From contig CAXXWQ010000004.1 of assembly GCA_963674945.2 (NCBI GenBank), positions 2,944,001 through 3,008,000 on the forward strand: a stretch of DNA of 64,000 nucleotides, given 5' to 3'. The stretch comes from an uncultured Desulfosarcina sp. (GTDB lineage: Bacteria > Desulfobacterota > Desulfobacteria > Desulfobacterales > Desulfosarcinaceae). Positions 43,879 to 52,567 of the stretch are shown here, one piece after another. The notes beneath the pieces were generated by a model. That model saw nothing but the letters and a program-made list of their open reading frames with translations, was not told the DNA's origin and searched no databases. Every line of letters begins with the position of its first letter. Position 1 is the first letter of the stretch. The translations under genes were made by a program, and so were the position numbers.

Positions 43879-46212
43879 CTATCCGATGGGTGTGTTCTCT
43901 ACCAAATCCCATATCCCGCACGGACAAGCCCCGGCACAAAACCCGCAGCCGATGCAGCGGGCAGGATCCACCGTGTATTCGAAGGCAATCTCGTCGATGG
44001 CCCTTCGGCTGATGGCCGCCTCCGGGCACATGGCCACACAGATGCCGCAATCCCGGCAACTGCCGCAAGACGAGCACTGGGAGCCGCAATGGTCTAAATT
44101 TTCATACTCGATAAGCCGCGGATCCAAATACTCCAGGGAAACACGATTGATATCGATGACCATCTTGCGGTCGGCACCGGGTCGTTTTCCGGCAAGGATC
44201 TCGGCGATGGTTTCCGCAGCTCGCCTGCCGGCGCCGATGGCATCGGTGAGCAGGCCGGGTCGCACCAGGTCGCCGATGGCGTAAACCTTGGGATTGGATG
44301 TCTGGTAGTCGTCGTTGACCACGACGAAGCCCCTCTCCGTGGCCACGTCCTCGGGCAGAAAATCCAGGTCCGGCGCGTCACCGATGGAGATGATCACGGT
44401 ATCGGCACCGATCACCTCGCCGGTATCGGTCTCCACGCCCGCTTCGGTGATCTTCTTGGAAAAGACCGGCCAGCGGAATTTGGCCCCGACGGCCTCGGCA
44501 TCCTCCCGCTCCTTACCGAAACTGGCCGGCTCCTGGACGTCCAGCAGGGTAATCTGTTCGGCACCCATTCGTGCCGCTTCGGTGGCCACGTCACAGCCCA
44601 CGTTGCCGGCACCGATGATCACCACCCGGCGACCCGGCTTGGCTTGATCCTTCTTTGCATCGGTCAGAAAATCCGTGGCCGTGATCAGTCGTTCGTTGCC
44701 CGGGATGGGCAGGGTCCTGGGTTTCTGGGCACCGGCGGCGAGAATCACGAAATCGTAATCGGCGACGAGGTGTGCCGTTTCGGTTCTGTCCAGCTTCTGT
44801 TGGAGGTGAACATGGGGAATCACCTCGGCGGCTCGGTCCAATTCCTTTTTTACCACCTCGGCGGGAATGCGGGTGCTGGGAATCACCGAGGCGATCTTGC
44901 CGCCCAGGGTCGGGTGATTGTCGAATACCACTGCCTCGTGTCCCAGGCGTCTGAGCTGCCAGGCCGTGGAGATACCGGCCGGCCCGCCACCGATGACGGC
45001 GATGCGCTTGCCGGATAGCGCCGGCAAATCCGGTGTCTTGGCATCGATGCTGGCCCGTCCCAATTGGGAAACATCCACCGGTGTCATGAAGGCCGATGTT
45101 TTGGTGCAGGCGGTCATGCAGGGATGGGGACAAAGATATCCGCAGACGGTTGCCGGAAAAGGGGTAAAGGCCAGGGCCAGGTCCACCGCCTCATCCACGC
45201 GGCCTTCCCTGACCAGTCGCCACCGTTCCTGCACCGGTATGCCCGACGGGCAGGTGTTTTCACAAGGCGCCTTGTATTTTCGATTCTCCCAGACCGGGAC
45301 GAAGCGCCTCAGGTCGCCTTTGGTGATCAACGGGATGGGGCTGCGGTCGATGTCGGTCAGGTCGCCGACGATGCCCCCTTTACCCAGCTTCTTGTCCCAG
45401 ACGTTCTCCCTGAATTCGGCCATGGAGCGGCGTTTGATGCCGAGTTTCTCCTGGGGAGAACGGGCGGCGATCATTTGCCATTCGTCCCGAACCGTCAGGG
45501 TCTCGAATAATTCCATGCGGTCGATGGCGGTCAGGAATCCCTTGAGCCCGTCGACCAGCCATGTCCATGTCTCTTCATCGATGGGTTTCATTTTGGCATC
45601 GGCATGGCTGAAGCCCTTGTGGGGGCCGCGGAACAAGACCTTTCCGCCGACCATTCCCACCATGGGGCGGTAGCCCAGCACGTTTTCCGGATTCTGGGGC
45701 CGGTGACCGCAGATCACGGCAATGCCGCCGGCCATGAACTCGGCGAAATAGTCACCGGCGCTTCCCAGGACCCACAGCTCGGGGGGCTCGAAGCGTGGAT
45801 TTTGTTTGGTCATGGTCATTCCCCGGGCACCGATATTGCCGCCGACGTAAACGACACCCTGGGCCATGCCGTTGGCCACACCATTGGACGCGTGACCGTG
45901 GACCGTGATGGCGGCGCCGGCGTTGAGCCATCCTACATCGTCCGAGGACGGTCCCATCACATCGATGCGCGTGCCCGGGTACCCCATGGACCCCACCCGC
46001 TGGCCGGGATTGCCCTCGATGGTCACGAAAAGGGGCTCCCCGTTGGTCTTCCAAAGCCGACCGCCGATGCCGTGTTGGCCGAAGGCCTGGATGGTCAAAT
46101 GACGATGGCCCGCTTCCACGGCTCTCTGGATTTTCTCTTCAAGGACCCGTGAATCCAGGCGCACGCCGTCCTGTTTTCCCGATATCGTAAATGGTTGTGT
46201 GATTTCACTCAT
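43879..46212 (-). CDS. Glutamate synthase subunit: GXGXG domain + GltD-like FAD/NAD(P)H oxidoreductase + 2x[4Fe-4S]
   Basis: GQHGIGG, GDYFAEFMAGG; CENTCP, CGYLCPHPC; GGGPAG, GAGNVG; C-terminal CSSCGSCRDCGICVAMCP and CIGCGFCAGACP. Confidence 0.88.
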   Translation of the reverse strand: MSEITQPFTISGKQDGVRLDSRVLEEKIQRAVEAGHRHLTIQAFGQHGIGGRLWKTNGEPLFVTIEGNPGQRVGSMGYPGTRIDVMGPSSDDVGWLNAGAAITVHGHASNGVANGMAQGVVYVGGNIGARGMTMTKQNPRFEPPELWVLGSAGDYFAEFMAGGIAVICGHRPQNPENVLGYRPMVGMVGGKVLFRGPHKGFSHADAKMKPIDEETWTWLVDGLKGFLTAIDRMELFETLTVRDEWQMIAARSPQEKLGIKRRSMAEFRENVWDKKLGKGGIVGDLTDIDRSPIPLITKGDLRRFVPVWENRKYKAPCENTCPSGIPVQERWRLVREGRVDEAVDLALAFTPFPATVCGYLCPHPCMTACTKTSAFMTPVDVSQLGRASIDAKTPDLPALSGKRIAVIGGGPAGISTAWQLRRLGHEAVVFDNHPTLGGKIASVIPSTRIPAEVVKKELDRAAEVIPHVHLQQKLDRTETAHLVADYDFVILAAGAQKPRTLPIPGNERLITATDFLTDAKKDQAKPGRRVVIIGAGNVGCDVATEAARMGAEQITLLDVQEPASFGKEREDAEAVGAKFRWPVFSKKITEAGVETDTGEVIGADTVIISIGDAPDLDFLPEDVATERGFVVVNDDYQTSNPKVYAIGDLVRPGLLTDAIGAGRRAAETIAEILAGKRPGADRKMVIDINRVSLEYLDPRLIEYENLDHCGSQCSSCGSCRDCGICVAMCPEAAISRRAIDEIAFEYTVDPARCIGCGFCAGACPCGIWDLVENTPIG

Positions 46213-46215
46213 CTT

Positions 46216-47850
46216 TTACACCACATATTTGATTTTTAAACGCTCGGCGGCCTGGTAGTCACTGATGCCCAGGGCATCGGACATGCCGATGGGAAGTGCC
46301 GTGGACCGGCCCAGGGGGGCCATGATCTTCTTCAGTTCCGTATCGAAGGCAAGAAAGAGATCCACGACCCGCTCGGCCACCTTCTCCACATCCAGTCGGC
46401 GATAGAGGCGCGGATCCTGGGAGGTGATGCCCCGGGGGCAACGGCCGATATTGCAGATGTTGCACCGGTCGGACTCCGAGCCCAGACATCCGGCGGCGGC
46501 CTGCATGATGTATTTTCCCGTTTGTACGCCACTGGCACCCAGCATGATCAGTGCCGCGGCATTTGCGGCCAGGTTCCCCCTTTTCCCGACACCACCGCCG
46601 GCGAACAGGGGAATCTCGTTTTGCATTCCTACCTCCACCAGGTTCAGGTAACCGTCCCGGATGTTGGTGGCGATGGGGTGGCCCATGTGGTCCATGGAAA
46701 CATTGTACGCTGCGCCGGTACCGCCGTCCTCGCCGTCGATGGCAAGGCCCGCTGCATAGGGGTTGCGGGTGAGGTTGTTGAGGACCGCCATTGCCGTAGA
46801 AGTGGCTGAAATTTTTGGGTAAACTGGCACCCTGAAGCCCCATGCCATATACATGGACTGGATCATCTTGGCCACGGACTCCTCGATGGAGTACTTGGTC
46901 TGATGGGTGGGCGGGCTGGGCAGGCTCACGCCGGGAGGAACACCGCGGATGGCGGCGATCAGTTTGTTTACCTTATGCCACATGAGAAGCCCCCCGTCAC
47001 CGGGCTTGGCCCCCTGGCCGTACTTGATCTCCACGGCGCATGGATCCTCCACCATCTCGGGAATGGCATGGATGATTTCGTCCCAGCCGAAGTAACCGCT
47101 GGCGATCTGCAGGATCACGTATTTGAGAAAGGGGCTTCGCAGCAGCCGGGGGGGGCAGCCGCCTTCGCCGGTACACATGCGGACCGGCATGCCCAGTTCC
47201 TCGTTGAGATAGGCGACTCCCATTTGCAGCCCTTCCCACATGTTGGGAGAGAGGGCTCCGAAGCTCATGCCGCCGATGATCAGCGGATAGATCTCCCGGA
47301 CTGGTGGGATCCACCCATTCTCATTCAAAAACTGCAGAGTCTTCTCTGGTGGCAAAATCCGGCCCAGAAGTGTCCGAAGCTCGAATTCATGACGCCCGGC
47401 ATCCAACGCCGGATCGGTGAGCATGGAGATCCGGATGAACTTGATCTGGTCGAGGATGCCGCCGGGCACGTTCCGGCGACCACCGCGTCTTCGGGGCTGG
47501 CCGCCGCGGTTGATATGGAATCGCAGTTTGTCTACCTCGTCCGACCGTACGGGGATGATGGCATCGTTGGGACAGACAAGGCTGCAGGTGGCGCATCCGA
47601 CGCAGGCATAGGCCGGATCGGTTTTCTGACGGATGCCGTGGTAGACCTCGAAACTGGAAGAGGGGTTGCCCTGTGGCTCCAGCGACACCTTGATCCGTCT
47701 TTTCCGAAATACGCCCAATTCGATTGCGTTGACCGGACAGACCGCCGTGCAACGTCCGCAAAGGGAGCATTTGTCCTTGTGCCAGAGAATCTGCCAGGGC
47801 AGGTCCTTTACGCTTAGTGTAGAGGGGGTAATGGTTGCATTTGGTTGCAT
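46216..47850 (-). CDS. Glutamate synthase FMN-binding subunit with N-terminal ferredoxin
   Basis: Two CxxCxxCxxxCP motifs; MSFGALS, TGEGG, QIASGYFG, EIKYGQGAKPGDGG. Confidence 0.92.
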   Translation of the reverse strand: MQPNATITPSTLSVKDLPWQILWHKDKCSLCGRCTAVCPVNAIELGVFRKRRIKVSLEPQGNPSSSFEVYHGIRQKTDPAYACVGCATCSLVCPNDAIIPVRSDEVDKLRFHINRGGQPRRRGGRRNVPGGILDQIKFIRISMLTDPALDAGRHEFELRTLLGRILPPEKTLQFLNENGWIPPVREIYPLIIGGMSFGALSPNMWEGLQMGVAYLNEELGMPVRMCTGEGGCPPRLLRSPFLKYVILQIASGYFGWDEIIHAIPEMVEDPCAVEIKYGQGAKPGDGGLLMWHKVNKLIAAIRGVPPGVSLPSPPTHQTKYSIEESVAKMIQSMYMAWGFRVPVYPKISATSTAMAVLNNLTRNPYAAGLAIDGEDGGTGAAYNVSMDHMGHPIATNIRDGYLNLVEVGMQNEIPLFAGGGVGKRGNLAANAAALIMLGASGVQTGKYIMQAAAGCLGSESDRCNICNIGRCPRGITSQDPRLYRRLDVEKVAERVVDLFLAFDTELKKIMAPLGRSTALPIGMSDALGISDYQAAERLKIKYVV

Positions 47851-48944
47851 ATGGTGACCTCCTGGCGCTCCGGTCCGACGATGACCGTGTCCAGATGCAT
47901 GGGTTGAAAGTCTTTTCTCTTGTCTCGATCGGGAACCGCGTAGTCAAGGCCGCAAATTTCGGAAGAGAAGGCGTATCGCCCCGGCCGTCCGCCCACCACG
48001 CCGGGGCGAAGTTTCTTTCGGTCCTGTACCATGAAGAGGCTGTGATCCGGCAGACAACCGATGACGCAGTTGGGGCCGTCGATGATCAGTCTTCGGCAGG
48101 AATTTTTCAGCTGCTTCAGAAGTTGGGCGTCGTGGTGTTTGGCGATGGCCTCATCTTGCAACGGCGTGATGATGTGTTTATAGGCCGACACATCCAACCC
48201 CAGCTTGGTCTGGGTGTAATGCAGAATGTGGGTGAAGACTTCCGAGTCACTCTGGTATCCCGAATATCCGGGAAAATTGCGGGAGAGCAAAAACTCCCGG
48301 ATGGGGGTGAACGCCGTGTTTTCCCCATTGGTCATGGAAGCGTATCCCTGGATGAAAAAGGGATGGCAGGCGTACAAATTGATGGCGTAGTTGGTGTTTT
48401 GCCGTCCCTGGGCCATGATAACCCGTGCATGCAGCTCCTTGCGATCCAGCTTCAGGTAATTGGCCACCTGCAGCGGATCACCGATCTCCTTGATCATGAT
48501 CACATCGGGCCAGAAGGAGAAGACGATCATGTCCTGTTTTTCCTCTCCCATTGCCCTGAGCGTCAGGCGGATCTCCAGCAATTTGTCATACAGGGCCTGT
48601 TCGGTGTAATCGTCCCACTCCTCGGGGTATTCATAGGCACGAATCAGATAGATGTCCCGCTTGGGAACGCCGGGCGGTGATGTCTTGGGAACCCGGATGG
48701 AGATCTTGTACTTGGTCATGAACCCGATATCCATCATGAAATCGTCGAGGCGTTTCAATCCCTCTTCGCTGAAAATCCCCGACAGGATGGGTGCGTTTTT
48801 CATCTCTTCGAAAGGTCCGCTCAGGTCGCGCAGAAACAACCCGACGCCGGAACCATCGTGACCTTCCCGCATGACATCCATGGCTTCCATGGCGATCATG
48901 GGGGAGACGGGGGTCTCACTGGTCATGGCAAACAGTCGGCACAT
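47814..48944 (-). CDS. Glutamate synthase glutamine-amidotransferase (class II) subunit
   Basis: N-terminal nucleophile MCRLF, RQNTN, HPF, NGE, SDSE, DR..LRP; AGGAG RBS. Confidence 0.9.
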   Translation of the reverse strand: MCRLFAMTSETPVSPMIAMEAMDVMREGHDGSGVGLFLRDLSGPFEEMKNAPILSGIFSEEGLKRLDDFMMDIGFMTKYKISIRVPKTSPPGVPKRDIYLIRAYEYPEEWDDYTEQALYDKLLEIRLTLRAMGEEKQDMIVFSFWPDVIMIKEIGDPLQVANYLKLDRKELHARVIMAQGRQNTNYAINLYACHPFFIQGYASMTNGENTAFTPIREFLLSRNFPGYSGYQSDSEVFTHILHYTQTKLGLDVSAYKHIITPLQDEAIAKHHDAQLLKQLKNSCRRLIIDGPNCVIGCLPDHSLFMVQDRKKLRPGVVGGRPGRYAFSSEICGLDYAVPDRDKRKDFQPMHLDTVIVGPERQEVTICNQMQPLPPLH

Positions 48945-48973
48945 GGTGGTTCACTCCTTTGGCTGCCGATGGT

Positions 48974-49007
48974 AAAAAGGCCGGCATTGACCTGTCAATG
49001 CCGGACC
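48974..49007 (-). terminator. Terminator-like hairpin in the 5' leader of the glutamate synthase operon
   Basis: Minus strand ccggcattgac-ag-gtcaatgccgg (perfect 11-bp arms) followed by CCTTTTT. Confidence 0.5.
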
Positions 49008-49050
49008 CTGACAAACATTTGATTTTTTTTGCTTTATGTGACTCATCTAT

Positions 49051-49066
49051 AGCAAGTTGCGTACCA
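49051..49066 (-). promoter_or_regulatory. Sigma54 (-24/-12) promoter for the glutamate synthase operon
   Basis: Minus strand TGGTACG-CAAC-TTGCT versus consensus TGGCACG-N4-TTGCW; about 105 bp upstream of the start codon. Confidence 0.8.
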
Positions 49067-49595
49067 TAATATAAATTTTGCGGAAATTCAACACCGTCAT
49101 CATCCAGGCAACCACTTTTGGATCGGTTTCGATTCGCAAAAGCGGACCTCTGCTGGGTTGAGACGCGTAATTCTGTCCCGCAGCAATCTTTCCATGCCTG
49201 TGCAATCATTTCCCCGTTGGCCATCACCTGCGGTAAAGCGCCGCCATTCTTTTCAAAATTGTAATAAATCGATCCGAAAAAATACAATATTGTAAAAAAC
49301 AAAAACCGCATTTGAAAACAGCGTAACCTGTCGAAAAAATACAGATCTTGGCACGATTTAAGAAAAATGGTAAAGCGTATTGTCATAGGAAAATCAGTAG
49401 TCAAAAGTCAATCCCCAGGAGCCAGAAGAAAGATGAGGTCGCTTCGCTCCGTCGAGTTTATGTTTTGGCTTGAGCCGAGGGCGAAAACCTGATTCTGACT
49501 ACTGACGCCTGAATTCCCTTGGAAATCGTATGGCATAACCACCAATTTTTACCTGTTCCAAAGGAACAAGCTGTCTGGACTGAAGAAAGAACTCC

Positions 49596-52508
49596 ATGAC
49601 CGAATCGCCTGTCGAAAACCTGGATCGTCATCAGCGGGATCGCTGGTCCGCTTTTTGCCAAGCGGCCCAAGCCGCCCGTGCTTCATTTAACGAGGATGCA
49701 CAAAGCGCCAAGGCTCTTTTTCGGGCGTTCGGATTCAGCGATTTCGTAGCCGATGGCTGTATCGGCCATCCCGAAATGGCCTCGGAATTGATCCGAAGCG
49801 GTGATCTGGTAAGTCGCTACGATACCGATCATTTCCAAAAGTGCCTGTCGCGACGTCTCGAATCGCTGATAACGGACCGTCCGGATGCGCCGGTGGCGGA
49901 TCTCATACCCCCCTTGCAGGCGACCCTCCGATCCTTCCGCCGTCGTGAAATGGTTCGCATTGCCGTTCGTGACCTGGCCGGCCTCAGCGATCTGGACGAA
50001 ACCATGGCCGACCTGTCGGCGCTGGCTTCCGCCGCCATCGACGACGCCCTGGCCCTGTTGTACCAACAGATGACACGCACGGAAGGCACCCCGGCGGATG
50101 CGGCCGGCAACGAACAGAAGCTGGTGGTGATCGGCATGGGAAAACTGGGCGCGGGAGAACTCAATTTTTCTTCGGATGTGGACCTGATCTTCGCCTTTCC
50201 GGCCGTTGGCGAAACCCGGGGCGGAAAGGCGCCCTGCTCCAATCAGGATTTTTTCAGCCGGCTCTGTCGAACCCTGATTCAGGCCATCGGTGAAAATACC
50301 GACGACGGATTCGTATTTCGCATGGACACCCGGCTTCGGCCATACGGTGACGGCGGCCCCCTGGTCATGAGCTTCGACCAAATGGAAGACTATTACCAGT
50401 CTCAGGGAAGGGAATGGGAGCGGTATGCACTGGTCAAGGCCGATGTGGTGGCCGGTGACCGGGATGCGGGCCGAATCCTTCTATATCGTCTCCGTCCCTT
50501 CGTCTATCGTCGATATCTCGATTTCGGCGTATTCGAATCCCTGCGGGAGATGAAACGAAAAATCAATGCCGAGGTGCGTCGCAAAAAGCTCCACGACAAC
50601 ATCAAGCTGGGGAGAGGCGGAATCCGGGAAATCGAATTTTTCGGTCAGATGTTCCAGCTGATCCGCGGCGGAGTGCTGCCCTCCCTTCAAAACCCGGCCA
50701 TTCAACCGGTGCTTGCCGTCCTGGAAAAAGAGGGAATCGTACCCGTGCCCGTATGCCGTGAACTGACATCGGCCTATCGCTTTCTTCGAATGGTGGAACA
50801 TCGACTCCAGGAGGCAAACGACCAGCAGACCCATGCACTGCCGTCGCAACCGGTGGACATGCTCCGGCTGGCCCGATCCATGGGCTTTACCGCCCAAGAA
50901 GAGTTCGAAAAGATCCTTACGGATCATCGGGGCCGGGTCCGGAGCCACTTCGACGGACTGCTGGCCACCGCCGAAACGGATGCCGTCTCGGACCAAGGGG
51001 AATCCTGCGATATCTCCCTTTTGGTCGATGCATGGAATCTATCCGTCTCTACGGAGGAACGTCGGAAGCTATTGGCGGCCGCCGGTTTCAAAGATGCTGC
51101 CACAGCCGTGGATCTGCTGGAAAAATTCAAAACCGAACCGGCTACCCGATCGTTGAGCAGTACGGGCAAAGGCCGGCTGGACCGGTTGATGCCACGGGTG
51201 CTGCAGGCCATTGGCAGTTGTGAGGCGCCGGAGACGGTACTCGGGCGGGTACTCGATCTGCTCAAACAGATCCAACAGCGAACCAGCTACCTTTCATTGC
51301 TGGTGGAATATCCCAATGCCCTGGTTCATCTGATACGGCTGGTAAGCGCCAGTCCCTGGATCGCCGCTTTCCTGCGCCGCCATCCGGTATTGCTCGACGA
51401 GCTGTTGGACCCGCGCTCCCTTTACAAACCTCCCGGCCGCGAAGCGCTTCGGTCCGGTCTCGAACGACATCTTTCCGCTGTGGCCGACGATGATCCGGAG
51501 TATCAGATCGAATCACTGTGCATATTTCGGCAGGTCAATACGTTGCGGGTTGCCGCATCGGACATCACCAGCGTCTTGCCGTTGATGAAGGTGAGCGATC
51601 ATCTTTCCTGGATCGCCGAAACCATCTTGGACAAGGTAGTACAGATCTCCTGGAACCATCTGGAGAAGAGACATGGCCGGCCCTCTTGCTCATTCAAGGG
51701 AAAGGCCTGCGAAAAGGGCTTCGCCGTCATCGGTTACGGGAAATTGGGGGGAATCGAACTGGGGTACGCCTCGGACCTGGACCTTGTCTTTCTCCATGCC
51801 GCCGATCCCGGTGAAACCGTAGGGGGAAAACAATCCATTGACAATTCACACTTTTTCGCGAGACTTGGGCAACGGGTTGTCCACATGCTCACCACCCACA
51901 CCGCAGCCGGCGCCCTCTACGAGACCGACATGCGGCTTCGTCCCAGCGGCAGTTCGGGGCTTCTGGTCAGCCACGTGGACGGATTCGAAACCTACCAGTT
52001 GAAAGAGGCGTGGACCTGGGAGCACCAGGCCCTTATCCGTGCCCGGCCCATCGTCGGAGATGTCGCTCTCATGGACGCCTTTCGTGCCATTCGAAAAAAA
52101 GTACTATGCCTTCGGCGGGAGACGGTCCCCCTCAAGAAAGAGGTGGTGGAGATGCGAGAGCGAATGCGTGAAAGCCGGCTTGCGGGCGATCGAGACCGGT
52201 TCGATATCAAAGAAGATCCCGGTGCCATCGTGGACATCGAATTTCTCGTCCAGTACCTGGTATTGCGATTCGCCCACCGATATCCGGAAACGACCCGCTG
52301 GACCGACAACGTCCGGATCCTGCAGTCTCTGGCCGAAGCCGGCGTCATCGATGAGGTTACTGCATACCGGCTACGGCGCGCCTACCTGATTTTCAGGGCA
52401 GCCGCCCATCGTCTCAACCTTGCCGAGCGATCCACTCGGGTCGATGGTCGCCGCTTCGCTCACCTTGCCGTAGGTGTTCGTCGGGTCTGGAAGCGAATCC
52501 TATTGTAG
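49596..52508 (+). CDS. glnE: Glutamine synthetase adenylyltransferase/deadenylylase GlnE
   Basis: Two nucleotidyltransferase domains: GMGKLGAGELNFSSDVDL and GYGKLGGIELGYASDLDL; D.RLRP in both. Confidence 0.96.
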   Translation: MTESPVENLDRHQRDRWSAFCQAAQAARASFNEDAQSAKALFRAFGFSDFVADGCIGHPEMASELIRSGDLVSRYDTDHFQKCLSRRLESLITDRPDAPVADLIPPLQATLRSFRRREMVRIAVRDLAGLSDLDETMADLSALASAAIDDALALLYQQMTRTEGTPADAAGNEQKLVVIGMGKLGAGELNFSSDVDLIFAFPAVGETRGGKAPCSNQDFFSRLCRTLIQAIGENTDDGFVFRMDTRLRPYGDGGPLVMSFDQMEDYYQSQGREWERYALVKADVVAGDRDAGRILLYRLRPFVYRRYLDFGVFESLREMKRKINAEVRRKKLHDNIKLGRGGIREIEFFGQMFQLIRGGVLPSLQNPAIQPVLAVLEKEGIVPVPVCRELTSAYRFLRMVEHRLQEANDQQTHALPSQPVDMLRLARSMGFTAQEEFEKILTDHRGRVRSHFDGLLATAETDAVSDQGESCDISLLVDAWNLSVSTEERRKLLAAAGFKDAATAVDLLEKFKTEPATRSLSSTGKGRLDRLMPRVLQAIGSCEAPETVLGRVLDLLKQIQQRTSYLSLLVEYPNALVHLIRLVSASPWIAAFLRRHPVLLDELLDPRSLYKPPGREALRSGLERHLSAVADDDPEYQIESLCIFRQVNTLRVAASDITSVLPLMKVSDHLSWIAETILDKVVQISWNHLEKRHGRPSCSFKGKACEKGFAVIGYGKLGGIELGYASDLDLVFLHAADPGETVGGKQSIDNSHFFARLGQRVVHMLTTHTAAGALYETDMRLRPSGSSGLLVSHVDGFETYQLKEAWTWEHQALIRARPIVGDVALMDAFRAIRKKVLCLRRETVPLKKEVVEMRERMRESRLAGDRDRFDIKEDPGAIVDIEFLVQYLVLRFAHRYPETTRWTDNVRILQSLAEAGVIDEVTAYRLRRAYLIFRAAAHRLNLAERSTRVDGRRFAHLAVGVRRVWKRILL

Positions 52509-52567
52509 TTCGCAGGAGCTGCCGATAACAGGTACACACAAATTTTTGTCCGAAAAGGCCTTTTTGC

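Noticed and set aside
48951..49046. 31-codon minus-strand ORF as a leader peptide for glutamate synthase
   Set aside because: Its ATG lies between the -12 box and the expected sigma54 TSS, and it has no RBS.
49349..49364. TGGCACG as a sigma54 promoter for glnE
   Set aside because: No GC dinucleotide at the -12 position.
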